Virus record (IMG/VR): IMGVR_UViG_3300022561_000016
Coordinates: 1-47,498 of that record
DNA: 47,498 nt
Direction: 5' to 3' (one strand)
Origin: a virus
How positions within the stretch are numbered: the first letter of the stretch is position 1; every line of letters starts with the position of its first letter. Both the position numbers and the translations under genes were made by a program. Shown piece by piece: positions 22,730 to 31,888 of this stretch. The notes below the pieces were generated by a model. The model saw only the letters and a program-made list of their open reading frames with translations. It was not told the DNA's origin and did not search any database.

Positions 22730-22774
22730 GCTGTTGGCTCCGTTTGGACTATTGAAAATCGAACACTTGGGCTA

Positions 22775-22803
22775 TTGACAATCTGTCCCGTATGCGGTAC
22801 AAT
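22775..22803 (+). promoter_or_regulatory. Sigma70-type promoter (TTGACA-17-TACAAT)
   Basis: TTGACA at 22775-22780 and TACAAT at 22798-22803. The 12-bp repeats CTATTGA(A/C)AATC lie at 22749-22760 and 22772-22783. Confidence 0.6.
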
Positions 22804-22887
22804 AACATCAGTTAGAAGCAACGTATACGAAAGAGAGCAATACAATGGTTTACATCGGCACACGCAGCCCGAAAGTTGGGCGCATAA

Positions 22888-23124
22888 ATGCTGACCACTA
22901 AGCAAGCAGCGACGGAGCTAGGCATACAGCCTGGTTCCGTGAAGACACTGTGTCAACGCGGTATCTTGAAGGCAGAGCGGATCGGGCGGGATTGGCTGAT
23001 TGAGCTATCCGAAATTGAGCGGTATAAGATTGAGCGACGAAGCCCAGGCAAGCCAAAAGGAACCAGCAATGAGCCACCCAAGCAGCAAGCGACCGGGTTG
23101 GAAGGTGATACGAAACCGCTTTAA
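22888..23124 (+). CDS. Excisionase-family HTH protein
   Basis: MLTTKQAATELGIQPGSVKTLCQRGILKAERIGRDWLI. Confidence 0.6.
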   Translation: MLTTKQAATELGIQPGSVKTLCQRGILKAERIGRDWLIELSEIERYKIERRSPGKPKGTSNEPPKQQATGLEGDTKPL

Positions 23125-23362
23125 TGCGACTACGCGGGAGTTAGCAGCACTGGCACTTGCTGCCAATCCTCCCGCGCCTACACCGTGTCCGCGTGTCATT
23201 CGTCCCTCAGCACAGCCCAAGGCGGCTCGTGCGGCTAAAATCATGACCGAGCACGAGGCAGCAATAAAAGCGTGGTACTTGTATGGCGGGGCTGACGATA
23301 TGCCCCCCGCTGGATTTACCGAGGCAGCACTAATGCGCGTGCGTGAAAGGTTTTGTAAATGA
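23069..23362 (+). CDS. Hypothetical protein (start uncertain; ATG at 23243 is an alternative)
   Basis: The ORF overlaps the upstream gene by 56 nt if it starts at 23069. Confidence 0.35.
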   Translation: MSHPSSKRPGWKVIRNRFNATTRELAALALAANPPAPTPCPRVIRPSAQPKAARAAKIMTEHEAAIKAWYLYGGADDMPPAGFTEAALMRVRERFCK

Positions 23363-23541
23363 CCGACAAACCCCAGCGCGGCGGCCTCCGCACCCCAGCC
23401 GGAGGCCGTCCCCGCAAAGATAACGTCATCCTGCATTGCTACATTCCTCCCGCCGTCCTTGCCATCATCGACAAGCAGCGCGGCCCGCTGACACGCGGCG
23501 AGTACATCGCTGCGCTGGTGAACGGTGCCGCGCCCGCGTAA
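23359..23541 (+). CDS. RHH-like small protein
   Basis: NVILHCYIPPAVLAIIDKQRGPLTRGEYIAALV has a strand-helix-helix pattern. Confidence 0.5.
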   Translation: MTDKPQRGGLRTPAGGRPRKDNVILHCYIPPAVLAIIDKQRGPLTRGEYIAALVNGAAPA

Positions 23542-23545
23542 CCTG

Positions 23546-23758
23546 TCATTCGTCTTCTCCTGTCGTCACGATTGGCTCCAGCTGCAATAGCGCATCCAGC
23601 TCGCGCACGCCGCCGACCGCGCTGTCGAGGCTGCGCTGGAGGTCGGCGAGCGCCCGGATCGCGCCGTCGCGCTGCGCCTCCAGGTCGGCGAACGCGAGGC
23701 GGGCCGTGCTGATCTGCGCGGCAAGCGCGGCGCGGCGGGCGGTGATCTGGTCTTTCAT
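23546..23758 (-). CDS. Small coiled-coil protein at the end of the tail operon
   Basis: ATGA overlap with the fibre gene stop at 23755-23758. 70 aa, heptad-like. Confidence 0.5.
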   Translation of the reverse strand: MKDQITARRAALAAQISTARLAFADLEAQRDGAIRALADLQRSLDSAVGGVRELDALLQLEPIVTTGEDE

Positions 23759-24438
23759 AGGTAAAACACCCAGCCGCAAAACGAATACGTATCGGTGCCG
23801 CCGACGCGGCTGATGGTCACGCCACCACTCGCGGTCGCGACCGCGAGCTGATTCGGAGCGCCTGAGCCAAAGAAAGCGGTTCCCCCGGCACCGGAGGGTA
23901 GTGTTTGGGAAAACGTATTCGTGAATGCGGACGTATCGTCCCGCGCCCCGCCGAAGATGCACATAAACTTCGTGAAGCTGCCGGTCGGCAACACCGTCAC
24001 TGTGCCGCTCGTGATGCCGTTGCCCTCGAAAAAACCGACGTTGCCGCCCGCCGCACCTTTGACATGCAGCTTGGCCTGCGGCGCGGTCGTGCCAATGCCG
24101 ACGTTGCCTGCGGCGTCGATCCGCAGCCGCTCCAGTGCTGCCTGATTGTCGTAGATCGAGAACTCGCCCGCATTCGAGAGTGCGTTGGCAAAGATCCGCC
24201 AGTCCACCACCGCGCCGCCCGCCTGCTTCGCCGCCAAGCGCATCCGTGCGTTACTCCCGTTAGCGGTGCCTTCAGCCCCGACGCTCGCGCCGGTCGTCAG
24301 CACCGCGTTCAGCGTGTTGTCGAACACCACCGGGCCTGCGGTGCCTTTCAGGTAATTGAGATTATCGCTAACCGCGTTCATCTGCGCCGCAGTGAGCACG
24401 GATCCCACTGTGAACGCGACGGGTGCGCTCCATGCCAT
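23755..24438 (-). CDS. Tail fibre / receptor-binding-type protein
   Basis: N-terminus W..P..F..G..LTAAQMN..SDNL.YL, and the internal NVGIGTTAPQAKLHV motif typical of phage fibre proteins. Confidence 0.65.
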   Translation of the reverse strand: MAWSAPVAFTVGSVLTAAQMNAVSDNLNYLKGTAGPVVFDNTLNAVLTTGASVGAEGTANGSNARMRLAAKQAGGAVVDWRIFANALSNAGEFSIYDNQAALERLRIDAAGNVGIGTTAPQAKLHVKGAAGGNVGFFEGNGITSGTVTVLPTGSFTKFMCIFGGARDDTSAFTNTFSQTLPSGAGGTAFFGSGAPNQLAVATASGGVTISRVGGTDTYSFCGWVFYL

Positions 24439-24447
24439 TGCAGTCTC

Positions 24448-25887
24448 CTAATATGCGAGTCGGCTCGTGTCGAGCACGCCGTTGATCGCGCTGTCGAGTA
24501 TGAAAAACTGATCATTGCCGACCGGGTACACCTGCCAGTTGGTCAGCCACTGCGCCGCGCCGATGCTCTGGCTCATCGCGGCGATGCGCGCCACTTTCGC
24601 AATCGTGCTGCCCCCGCCCGGCGGTCGGCGCAGCACGGTGATCTTGTCATCGAACGTGCGGCTGAGTATTTGCGGCCACAGCGTCAGCGGTGCCAGATCG
24701 CCATTCAGCACGAAGGATTGCACGCGCATATACGGCTGCGCGTACAGAATCAGCAGGTACTGTGCGCGCGACAGCGCCTCGGCGTCGGTCGTGATTTGCA
24801 GATTGGTGATCTGTTTCGCACGCACGCCGTAGGTCGCCTGACTGGCGGCGTCATTCGCCACCTGAACGGTGCCGCCCGCGCGCGTGACCTCGGCGTGATT
24901 GATCAGCCGCGTGTCATCAAACGAAAACGGCACATCGACATACGGCAGTTCGCCCGTGACTGGCGCACTGTTGCCGTGCGATGCGGCGATACTGCCATAC
25001 GCTCCGCGCGTGCAGCCGGTCAGTGTCGGCGGAAAGAACGACGTGTTAATGCCGGTGTAGGCGATGAACTCGCTGTCGATCTGCACGGTGCCAATGGTAG
25101 GAAAGCCCGCAGCGCTATTGAGCAGGATACTCGTCGCGACAGCGGTATGCGCGCCGAACAGCGGCGTGGTGGCCGTGCTCGATGCATCGCCAAACAGCGC
25201 GAAATTGGTACTATTCCGCGCCGACCAATAGCGATCATGATAGACGGTGCGCCCGTCGTCTTCAATGAAAAACGTGCCGCCGTCCGCCGCCGCAATCGTT
25301 TGGATCGCCGGAAGCGCGGGCTGCGACGGATACAGCTGCGCCGGGATCTGCGTCGGGCTGTTGACCCCGGCGTCACGATCCGCAGCCGGCCAGCCGATCA
25401 CGTTGAGCACGTCGCTAATCACGTTGACCGGGTTGTTGTTGCCCGTCTCGTTCATCGTGAAGGTGGTGTAGTTTAATGCTTTGAACAGGTCAACCGCCGT
25501 CAGCCGCACCAGGTTCTGCGCGACCGCGCCGATACTCGGATCAAGCGGCACCCAGCTTTCCACGTAGCCGGTGAACAGATCGTAGACCACGCTGTTCCAG
25601 GTTGCGCGCACGTTCACACGCCGGGTCGGGATGACATTCGGCCAGTACGGGCTGGCGGCGTTATCGGGGTCGAAGCGCCGATCCCGATTGTCAAGCATGA
25701 ACGAACACGTCCCGGCCTGCATGGCGTCCAGCTCGAACTGCCGCCCGCGATTGATCGTGATCGGACTGCCGCCGGGATTGCCGTCCAGCCACACATAGGC
25801 CGAAATATCGACCCAGGTAAGGCCTGCGATTGCCGCGAATGGCGCATTGCCAAACGCGATCCTGACTTGGATGGTCGGTCGTGTCAT
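24448..25887 (-). CDS. Distal tail / minor tail protein
   Basis: Lies immediately after the tape measure with an ATGA overlap. 479 aa. Contains I.IDSEFIAYTG....LTGCTRGAYGS, a pattern seen in minor tail proteins. Confidence 0.65.
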   Translation of the reverse strand: MTRPTIQVRIAFGNAPFAAIAGLTWVDISAYVWLDGNPGGSPITINRGRQFELDAMQAGTCSFMLDNRDRRFDPDNAASPYWPNVIPTRRVNVRATWNSVVYDLFTGYVESWVPLDPSIGAVAQNLVRLTAVDLFKALNYTTFTMNETGNNNPVNVISDVLNVIGWPAADRDAGVNSPTQIPAQLYPSQPALPAIQTIAAADGGTFFIEDDGRTVYHDRYWSARNSTNFALFGDASSTATTPLFGAHTAVATSILLNSAAGFPTIGTVQIDSEFIAYTGINTSFFPPTLTGCTRGAYGSIAASHGNSAPVTGELPYVDVPFSFDDTRLINHAEVTRAGGTVQVANDAASQATYGVRAKQITNLQITTDAEALSRAQYLLILYAQPYMRVQSFVLNGDLAPLTLWPQILSRTFDDKITVLRRPPGGGSTIAKVARIAAMSQSIGAAQWLTNWQVYPVGNDQFFILDSAINGVLDTSRLAY

Positions 25888-28800
25888 CGGATGCCCGTGC
25901 CTCCGTTGCGCGCCTGCAATTGCAACAGCGCGGCCTGAATCGCCTGTGCGTTCGCCGCTGCGTCCAATCCGCCCGGAATATAGATCTGCACCCCGCCGTT
26001 GATCTGCACGCCCGACAGTCCGGCCCCGCGTTCGCCCGCGCCGCCGACCGATGGCGTGATGCCGCTGGGATTACTCAGCTGCGCCAGATAGGCCGCGAAC
26101 TGGCCTTGTGCGGCGGCGGGATTCACGCCGAACTCGCTGGCGATCAGCGCGTGGCGCTTGTCGGCCTCCTGGCCGGTGATCGCGCTCATTTTCCGCTGCG
26201 TGTCGGTGTAGGCCAGCAGCTGCTTGCCCAGCGCCGTGTCAAGCGTCCCCTGCTGCTTGGTGTAGCTGGTCAGCGCGCTCGCTTCCTGGCGTGCGAAGCT
26301 GGTATTTTCGCTCGCGAGCTGGCGGGCGTGCGCCGAGTCAGCGACCTTCTGCTGCTTGTCGAACGCGGCCTGCGCCTTCAGCTCGCCCGTATCAAAGGCG
26401 GTTTGCGCGTCGGTCAGCTGCTGCGCCAGCGCGGCCTGACGCTGCTGGCGATTGGTCGCGAGATGCTGCGCCTGTTTGGCCTCGCCGCGATTGTAGCCGT
26501 CGCTCTCGGCATTGAAGCTCTTTTGCAGGCTGGCGGCATCGGCCTGATAGCGCGTTTCGTCACTCGCGATCTGCTTGGCGTGCGTGTCCTGGAGCTTGGC
26601 GAGCTGGCTTGCGGTCACACGGTCGGCGGTCGCAAGCTGGCGCGCATAGGCGGCGCTGGCGGCACCTTCCGCATTGGCGTAGGCGCTATCTTGCGCGGCC
26701 TGCTGAGTCGCCAGCGTGGCCTGCTGCTTGGCGAGCTGTTTCAGCGCCTGGGCGTCCTGCTGGGCCAGTTGTGTCGCGGCCTGGGCGTCCTGTTTGGCCT
26801 GCTGCAACGCGGCCTGCTGCTCGGCGCGTGCCGCCGTCTGCGCGGCCTGCTCCAGCTGTTTGGCGAACGCCTTTTCGGCCTTTTCGGCCTGCCGATCATA
26901 GCTGGTTTGGGCCTTGGCTTCCTGTTTGGCGTAGCGCTCATCCTCGCTATCGATCTGCTTTTGAATGCTGGCCTTTTGCTTGGCATCGACCGCCGCGTGC
27001 AGCTGCGTTTGCAGGTCGCCCAGGCGGTCGTTATGATCGCCCGCACGCGTTTGCCGATCTTCCTGGAATTGCTCGCTATTGGTCTGCTGTGCGTCGGCGG
27101 CGCTCCTTTGCAGATCGGCGGTGCGCTGCGCGTATTGCTGCTCCCTGTCGGCGAGCTGGGCGGCGGCTTGCGTTTGCCGGTCACTAGCGCGCTCAGCGGC
27201 TTGGGTTTGCCGGTCGGCGGCGGCTTCGACGGCCTGGGTTTGCAGATCGGCCCCGCGCTGCACAAGTTGGCCGATCCGATCCTGATACGATTGCGCGGAC
27301 GATGCCTGCCGGTCATGCTCGCGCGTCTGCATGTCGGTCAATTGCTGCGCGGCCACCGTCGCCGCCTCCACGCGCCGGGCCTGATAGTCCTGCTCGTGCG
27401 CCACGTCGGTGGTTTGGCGCGCGGTCTGGAGGTCGCTGGCGCGGGTGTGCAGGTCGGCGATCTTGGCCTGCTGCTGTTCGGTCGCCGCCGCCTGCCGATC
27501 CTGTTCGGTGGCAAGCGCGTCGGTTTCGGCGCGTGCGGCGGTCGCCAGCGTGCTGCGCTGGCGCTCCTGGTAGCTCGCTTGCCGGTCGGCGTCGGCATCG
27601 CGGTAGCTTTGCTGCGCCGTCGCGCGGCCACCGAGCGCCGCCTGATCGATGCTGGTGAGCCGCGCCTGATGATCCCCGGCGCGCTGCTGTTCGGCGTCGG
27701 CAAATTGCGCCTGGCTGTTCGCCAGCTTTTCATACGCGGCCTGCCCGGTCACGCCGGTTTTGTCGAGTTCGGACTGATACTTGGTCAGCTGTTCGGTGCT
27801 GGCCTGAGTCGAGAGCGCCAACGCGGCCTGCGACTGCGCGGCATCGCCCCACGAGCCGCCGCCGCCGTTCGACATCGCTGCATTGGCATCCTTCGCCAGC
27901 GGCGCAAGCAGCCCGTATTGTCCGCCGAGCTGCCCTAGCTGGTTGAAAACGTCCAGCAGATAGCCGCCGCTCGCGAACTTGGCGAGCGTGTTCGTGCCGA
28001 GAATGTCACCGACATCGCTGGTGCCCATGCCGGGGATCTTGATGTTTTGGAGCGTCTGATAGGCATCCACCACTGGACGCACCACGCCGTAGACTGCCGC
28101 GATCCCGTCGTACCACTGCTGACCTTGGCGGATGATCTGCGGGAGTTCGTCGCGCACAACCGCGCCCAGCGCTGCGCCAATCGCCTCGATATTGGCCTTG
28201 CCTTCGGGCGAGTTGAGCGTATCAACGAGCTGCTGGAGGTACGGCTGCACCTCTTTAATCGATGCACCTAGGAGGTCGCGACTGCCGATCTTTTCCAGGT
28301 CTTGCAGGCTGTTCATCAGGCCCGATACGGTGCCTGCCTGCCGCAGCGCCGCGCCGCCGAAATCGTTCTCAAGCGAGTACGCGATCGCCTTGATTGCCTG
28401 ATCCGCCGGGATCATCCCGGCCTCGCGCAGCTTGACAATCTCTTCGGTCGATTTGCCGAACGCCTTGGATAGAATCTGATCAACGCTAACGCCCGCCAGC
28501 GCAAGCTCTCGAACCTCACGCCCGCTGATGTTGCCTGAGATCTCGACCTTGCCCAGCGCGGCCGCCACGCGGTTGAGGACTTCGGTGGTTTGCCCCGAAC
28601 CGGCGCTGAAGTCAACCAGGTCTTGCGTCAACCGCTTGGCGGTGATCGCGGTTTTGTCGGCGCTCTCGGACACAAAGCCGAACGCCTCGACCGTCCTGAA
28701 CGCGCTGGCGATCCCTGCCTCGTCAAACGGCGAATTAACGGCGAGTTGCTCGTTCCACTTCAGCAGCTCCTGCGCTTTGGGCGCGGCCTGCGCTAAGGCG

Positions 28801-29150
28801 TCGGCCATGCTCAACGTAGCGTCGGCATTCCGCAGCTCGCGCGCGAGCAGCGTATCCAGCGATAGGCCCAGCCGCTCATTTTCGGCATACGCGCCAACCG
28901 CGCCTTCGACAAAGCCCGCGACTGCCCGCGTGGCCTGTACCACCGCCTGGAAGGTCAGGAACTTGCCGAAGAAATCATCGACCGCGCCGCCTGACCCGCC
29001 GCCCGCGCCGCCTGACCCCAGCCCCTCGATCTTGTCTTGGATCAGCGCCAGCTGCTCCGACGTGCGCGCACTGAACTGCGCCAGCGTTTGATCCGCTGAC
29101 GAGGTATCAGCGGATACGACCGTCTTCAAGGATTCGGCATCAATCGACAT
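25884..29150 (-). CDS. Tape measure protein
   Basis: 1088 aa with a long Q/A/R/D coiled-coil middle and Gly-rich ends. It follows the G/GT chaperone. Confidence 0.9.
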   Translation of the reverse strand: MSIDAESLKTVVSADTSSADQTLAQFSARTSEQLALIQDKIEGLGSGGAGGGSGGAVDDFFGKFLTFQAVVQATRAVAGFVEGAVGAYAENERLGLSLDTLLARELRNADATLSMADALAQAAPKAQELLKWNEQLAVNSPFDEAGIASAFRTVEAFGFVSESADKTAITAKRLTQDLVDFSAGSGQTTEVLNRVAAALGKVEISGNISGREVRELALAGVSVDQILSKAFGKSTEEIVKLREAGMIPADQAIKAIAYSLENDFGGAALRQAGTVSGLMNSLQDLEKIGSRDLLGASIKEVQPYLQQLVDTLNSPEGKANIEAIGAALGAVVRDELPQIIRQGQQWYDGIAAVYGVVRPVVDAYQTLQNIKIPGMGTSDVGDILGTNTLAKFASGGYLLDVFNQLGQLGGQYGLLAPLAKDANAAMSNGGGGSWGDAAQSQAALALSTQASTEQLTKYQSELDKTGVTGQAAYEKLANSQAQFADAEQQRAGDHQARLTSIDQAALGGRATAQQSYRDADADRQASYQERQRSTLATAARAETDALATEQDRQAAATEQQQAKIADLHTRASDLQTARQTTDVAHEQDYQARRVEAATVAAQQLTDMQTREHDRQASSAQSYQDRIGQLVQRGADLQTQAVEAAADRQTQAAERASDRQTQAAAQLADREQQYAQRTADLQRSAADAQQTNSEQFQEDRQTRAGDHNDRLGDLQTQLHAAVDAKQKASIQKQIDSEDERYAKQEAKAQTSYDRQAEKAEKAFAKQLEQAAQTAARAEQQAALQQAKQDAQAATQLAQQDAQALKQLAKQQATLATQQAAQDSAYANAEGAASAAYARQLATADRVTASQLAKLQDTHAKQIASDETRYQADAASLQKSFNAESDGYNRGEAKQAQHLATNRQQRQAALAQQLTDAQTAFDTGELKAQAAFDKQQKVADSAHARQLASENTSFARQEASALTSYTKQQGTLDTALGKQLLAYTDTQRKMSAITGQEADKRHALIASEFGVNPAAAQGQFAAYLAQLSNPSGITPSVGGAGERGAGLSGVQINGGVQIYIPGGLDAAANAQAIQAALLQLQARNGGTGIR

Positions 29151-29841
29151 TAAGCGGGTTCTTCCTGCTGCGCGGCCTCAGCATTCTGGCGTTTGATCTG
29201 GCGTCCCTCGTCCTCAGCCACGAAGCGGCACTGCGCGCGACTCAGCCATTCGGGGTGCGCCTCCCACTCCCACGGCCCCACGCCGGGATACTCCTGGCGC
29301 AAGCGCGGCGCTACACACTCGTCCCACCAAAGGATCCGCCCGAAGCGACCGCCGGAGCCGAGCCATTGGCGGATGTCGCGCCGCGCCAGATTACCCCCAA
29401 AAAATCGTCAAGAATCCCCGTATCGACGGCGCGAATAAACGCGCGCGGCAGTTGCGCAATGATCGCGTCCCACGCCGACTCGTAAACAGTGGCACGCTCC
29501 GCAAACGAGATCGGTTGCTGTGCGATGTCGCGCCGATCCGCGTCGGTGAGCGGGTGATCAGCGTCGCGCCCTGCTTGCGCGCGCTCGGTTCGTGCTGCGT
29601 AGACCGCCTTCTCCCACACTTCATCCTCTTTCGGCGTTGGCTGCCAAGGTTGCCCGCCCTTGAGCAAATCCCAGCCCAGCAGGACCCGCCGCATTCGTTC
29701 GCGGATCGGCATGCCATACACGCCTTCGGTCATCTCAACTACGAAGGCGGCGCGGTCGTAGGTGACGTGGAGTTCCTGGCTTTCCCAGGTCACGACGATT
29801 TCGATGGGCCTGGGCGTGCGCAGTATCTCGAATGAAAGCAT
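29150..29841 (-). CDS. Tail assembly chaperone, -1 frameshift-extended form (gpGT analogue)
   Basis: After the slip at 29398-29404 the -1 frame stays open for 82 codons (GGNLARRDIRQWL...AEAAQQEEPA). It ends in a TAA that overlaps the tape-measure ATG (TAATG at 29148-29152). Confidence 0.6.
29311..29841 (-). CDS. Tail assembly chaperone (gpG analogue)
   Basis: 176 aa, lying between the major tail and tape measure genes. Confidence 0.7.
   Translation of the reverse strand: MLSFEILRTPRPIEIVVTWESQELHVTYDRAAFVVEMTEGVYGMPIRERMRRVLLGWDLLKGGQPWQPTPKEDEVWEKAVYAARTERAQAGRDADHPLTDADRRDIAQQPISFAERATVYESAWDAIIAQLPRAFIRAVDTGILDDFLGVIWRGATSANGSAPAVASGGSFGGTSV
29398..29404 (-). promoter_or_regulatory. Slippery heptamer T TTT TTG (programmed -1 frameshift site)
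   Basis: The zero frame reads gaT TTT TTG GGG GTA (D F L G V). This is an X XXY YYZ pattern. Confidence 0.6.
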
Positions 29842-29866
29842 AGATCCCTTCGATCTGCTGGCGACG

Positions 29867-31162
29867 TTACAGCGCCGTCAGCGTATTTTGTAGTTGCACC
29901 CTGGTCGCATAGCCCGCCACCGGGTCGTGTACCCATTCGCCGCTGAAGGTATTGCCCAGCAGCGTGCCGTCCACGTCCTTGAAGTCGCTGATTTTGGTCA
30001 ACTGCACCGCCGTGTCGATCTGTAGCGAGTTGGACAGCACGCCCTCGATCAGCGGGCCGGTCGCGCTTACGCGCATCCATACGACCGTGTTGTTGCGGAG
30101 GTTCGCCAGCTGCGCCATGCCGATGTCGTCAGCGGCCAGATCGAGCGTGACATCGCCCTTCGGATCGGCCTCGACTGTGCCGCCGAAGCCCGCGCCAAAC
30201 GTCGGGTTCATCGGGAAGAACGGGTTGTCGCGATTGCTGATCTTCCAGGTGTACTGAAAGTCGCGCGTCAGGAACGGCGCGGCTCCCAAGTTGGCCTGCG
30301 TGGTTGCCAACTGCATACCAATCGTGACGGGCGAGATTGGAATAAGCGGCATCTGCGTTGCCAGCGGCGACAGGCGCGTGAGCAGCGACGTGCCGCCGGT
30401 TAGCGTGTCAGTGGTAACGATGGGACTAGGCAGCGTCGGGCTGGGAATGTTCGCTAAGGTGCCGGTGAACAGGATGCGCATCGGCAGGCTGGACAACGGC
30501 CCGCCGGTGACGATCACGTTGCCGGTGCCGACCGACACGAGCGCCGCAATTGCCGTCTGCACGGCGGAGGCGGTGGCGTTAAAAGCCAGCGCGCTCGTAG
30601 TGTTCGCGCCGATGGTGATCGTGAACGTCCCGGCGGTCACCGTGCCGAGAAACGAAAGCCACTTGACCTTATCATCGTACCCGGCCTGGCCGAGCATCGT
30701 CCCGGCGATCTTGACCACATCCTTGCGGTTGAAGGTCAAGCCGAACTCGGTGAACAGACAGTTGCGAACGTGATACGCCCGCACGGCATTGCTGCCCAGC
30801 TCCATCGAAAACGTGCGCTGACTGTCCGGCGCGGTGGTGCTGATCTGGTACGTCCATAGCCGACTCAGCGTGCCGCCGCCGGGCGTGGTGATCACCGGGT
30901 CGGTCAGCACGGAGGCGAGCGGGTAGACCATCTCGTTATAGGTGCCAATGCCGTCAACCTTGATGTCGGTCTGCTCCTTGATCAGCACTGCCGTCGTCGG
31001 GAACTTGTAGCCTTTCGGAGTGAACGTTTTGGCGGTCGGGTTCGGCGTGACGGTCACACTGTAGCCGCCGATGATGCGGGTCGTTTGCACCGTAGTGCCG
31101 GGCGTTGCAAGCGCTTCGACCCCGATCTGACTACCTTCAAAGACCATTGCGCGCTCTGGCAT
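29867..31162 (-). CDS. Major tail protein with inserted ~95-aa module
   Basis: The gene sits upstream of the chaperone pair. 431 aa. The insert spans aa 168-264 (nt 30371-30661). Confidence 0.65.
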   Translation of the reverse strand: MPERAMVFEGSQIGVEALATPGTTVQTTRIIGGYSVTVTPNPTAKTFTPKGYKFPTTAVLIKEQTDIKVDGIGTYNEMVYPLASVLTDPVITTPGGGTLSRLWTYQISTTAPDSQRTFSMELGSNAVRAYHVRNCLFTEFGLTFNRKDVVKIAGTMLGQAGYDDKVKWLSFLGTVTAGTFTITIGANTTSALAFNATASAVQTAIAALVSVGTGNVIVTGGPLSSLPMRILFTGTLANIPSPTLPSPIVTTDTLTGGTSLLTRLSPLATQMPLIPISPVTIGMQLATTQANLGAAPFLTRDFQYTWKISNRDNPFFPMNPTFGAGFGGTVEADPKGDVTLDLAADDIGMAQLANLRNNTVVWMRVSATGPLIEGVLSNSLQIDTAVQLTKISDFKDVDGTLLGNTFSGEWVHDPVAGYATRVQLQNTLTAL

Positions 31163-31174
31163 CGCAGTATCTCC

Positions 31175-31888
31175 TTATGCTTGCACATTGATATCATAGA
31201 TACCGCCCAGCTGGCGATATTGCACCCCGTTGGTGGCTTCGGTCAGGCGAAACGGGCGCTGACGCACGCAACTGACGATCCGCCCGCCGCCTTGCACGCT
31301 ATCAGCCGTTTGGGCGTGAATCAGCGCATCGACCCGATTAGCGATCTGCCGCAAGGTCGCGCTGTAGGTCTGCCCTTGCGCCATGCCCTTGATCAGATAC
31401 TGCGTGCCGACCATCACGCGGATCGGGCCGGTCGCAATCACATCAACCGCGCTCATGATCTGCGTGATGATGTAGGGAAATGGCACGCCCTGCGGCGCGA
31501 CATCGCTCCACACCCGCGCGCGCTGGCTGATACTGAGCAGCGCTCCCGGCCCGGTCAGCCCCGCTCCATCGCCCGTGATTGGCGCGAGATTGTTGGTGAG
31601 CGTGCCGACGAAGATCACCGTCCAGCCGGCCACCTCGCGATTGAACACCAGCGTTTGCTTCGTGCCGACCGTACTCAGCGCTTCGAGCGCCGCGCCCACG
31701 CTGCCCACGCCGATCACTGGCGCGCTGTAGGCAATCGGCGTCGTCGTTTGGCCCTGGTACGTCAGGGTGAACGTGCCGCCACTCGCAACGATGCCGATCT
31801 GCTGACATGGCGCAAGCGCGGCCAGCGTCAGATCGGCCCCGATCACGCTCGCCAGCCAGGTATCGACAATCGGCGTTTCGACACTCAC
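31175..31888 (-). CDS. Tail terminator / tail completion (DUF3168-like) protein with inserted ~95-aa module
   Basis: The C-terminal half VWSDVAPQGVPFPYIITQIMS...RQRPFRL fits the DUF3168 pattern. The insert spans aa 29-122 (nt 31523-31804). Confidence 0.55.
   Translation of the reverse strand: MSVETPIVDTWLASVIGADLTLAALAPCQQIGIVASGGTFTLTYQGQTTTPIAYSAPVIGVGSVGAALEALSTVGTKQTLVFNREVAGWTVIFVGTLTNNLAPITGDGAGLTGPGALLSISQRARVWSDVAPQGVPFPYIITQIMSAVDVIATGPIRVMVGTQYLIKGMAQGQTYSATLRQIANRVDALIHAQTADSVQGGGRIVSCVRQRPFRLTEATNGVQYRQLGGIYDINVQA

Noticed and set aside
22070-24438. Diversity-generating retroelement targeting the fibre or collagen-like genes.
   Set aside because: There is no reverse transcriptase ORF anywhere in the genome, and I could see no template/variable repeat pair near these genes.
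23905-25476. 523-aa plus-strand ORF across the tail fibre and distal tail genes.
   Set aside because: It is an Arg/Ala-rich shadow ORF antisense to two genes that have recognisable fibre and minor-tail motifs and translational coupling.
25881-27938. 685-aa plus-strand ORF, the second longest in the window after the tape measure.
   Set aside because: It is exactly antisense to the tape measure gene. Its sequence is Leu/Arg/Gly/Ala low complexity, as expected from the reverse complement of Q/A/R/D repeats in GC-rich DNA. The tape measure frame has the operon context (chaperone upstream, ATGA coupling downstream).
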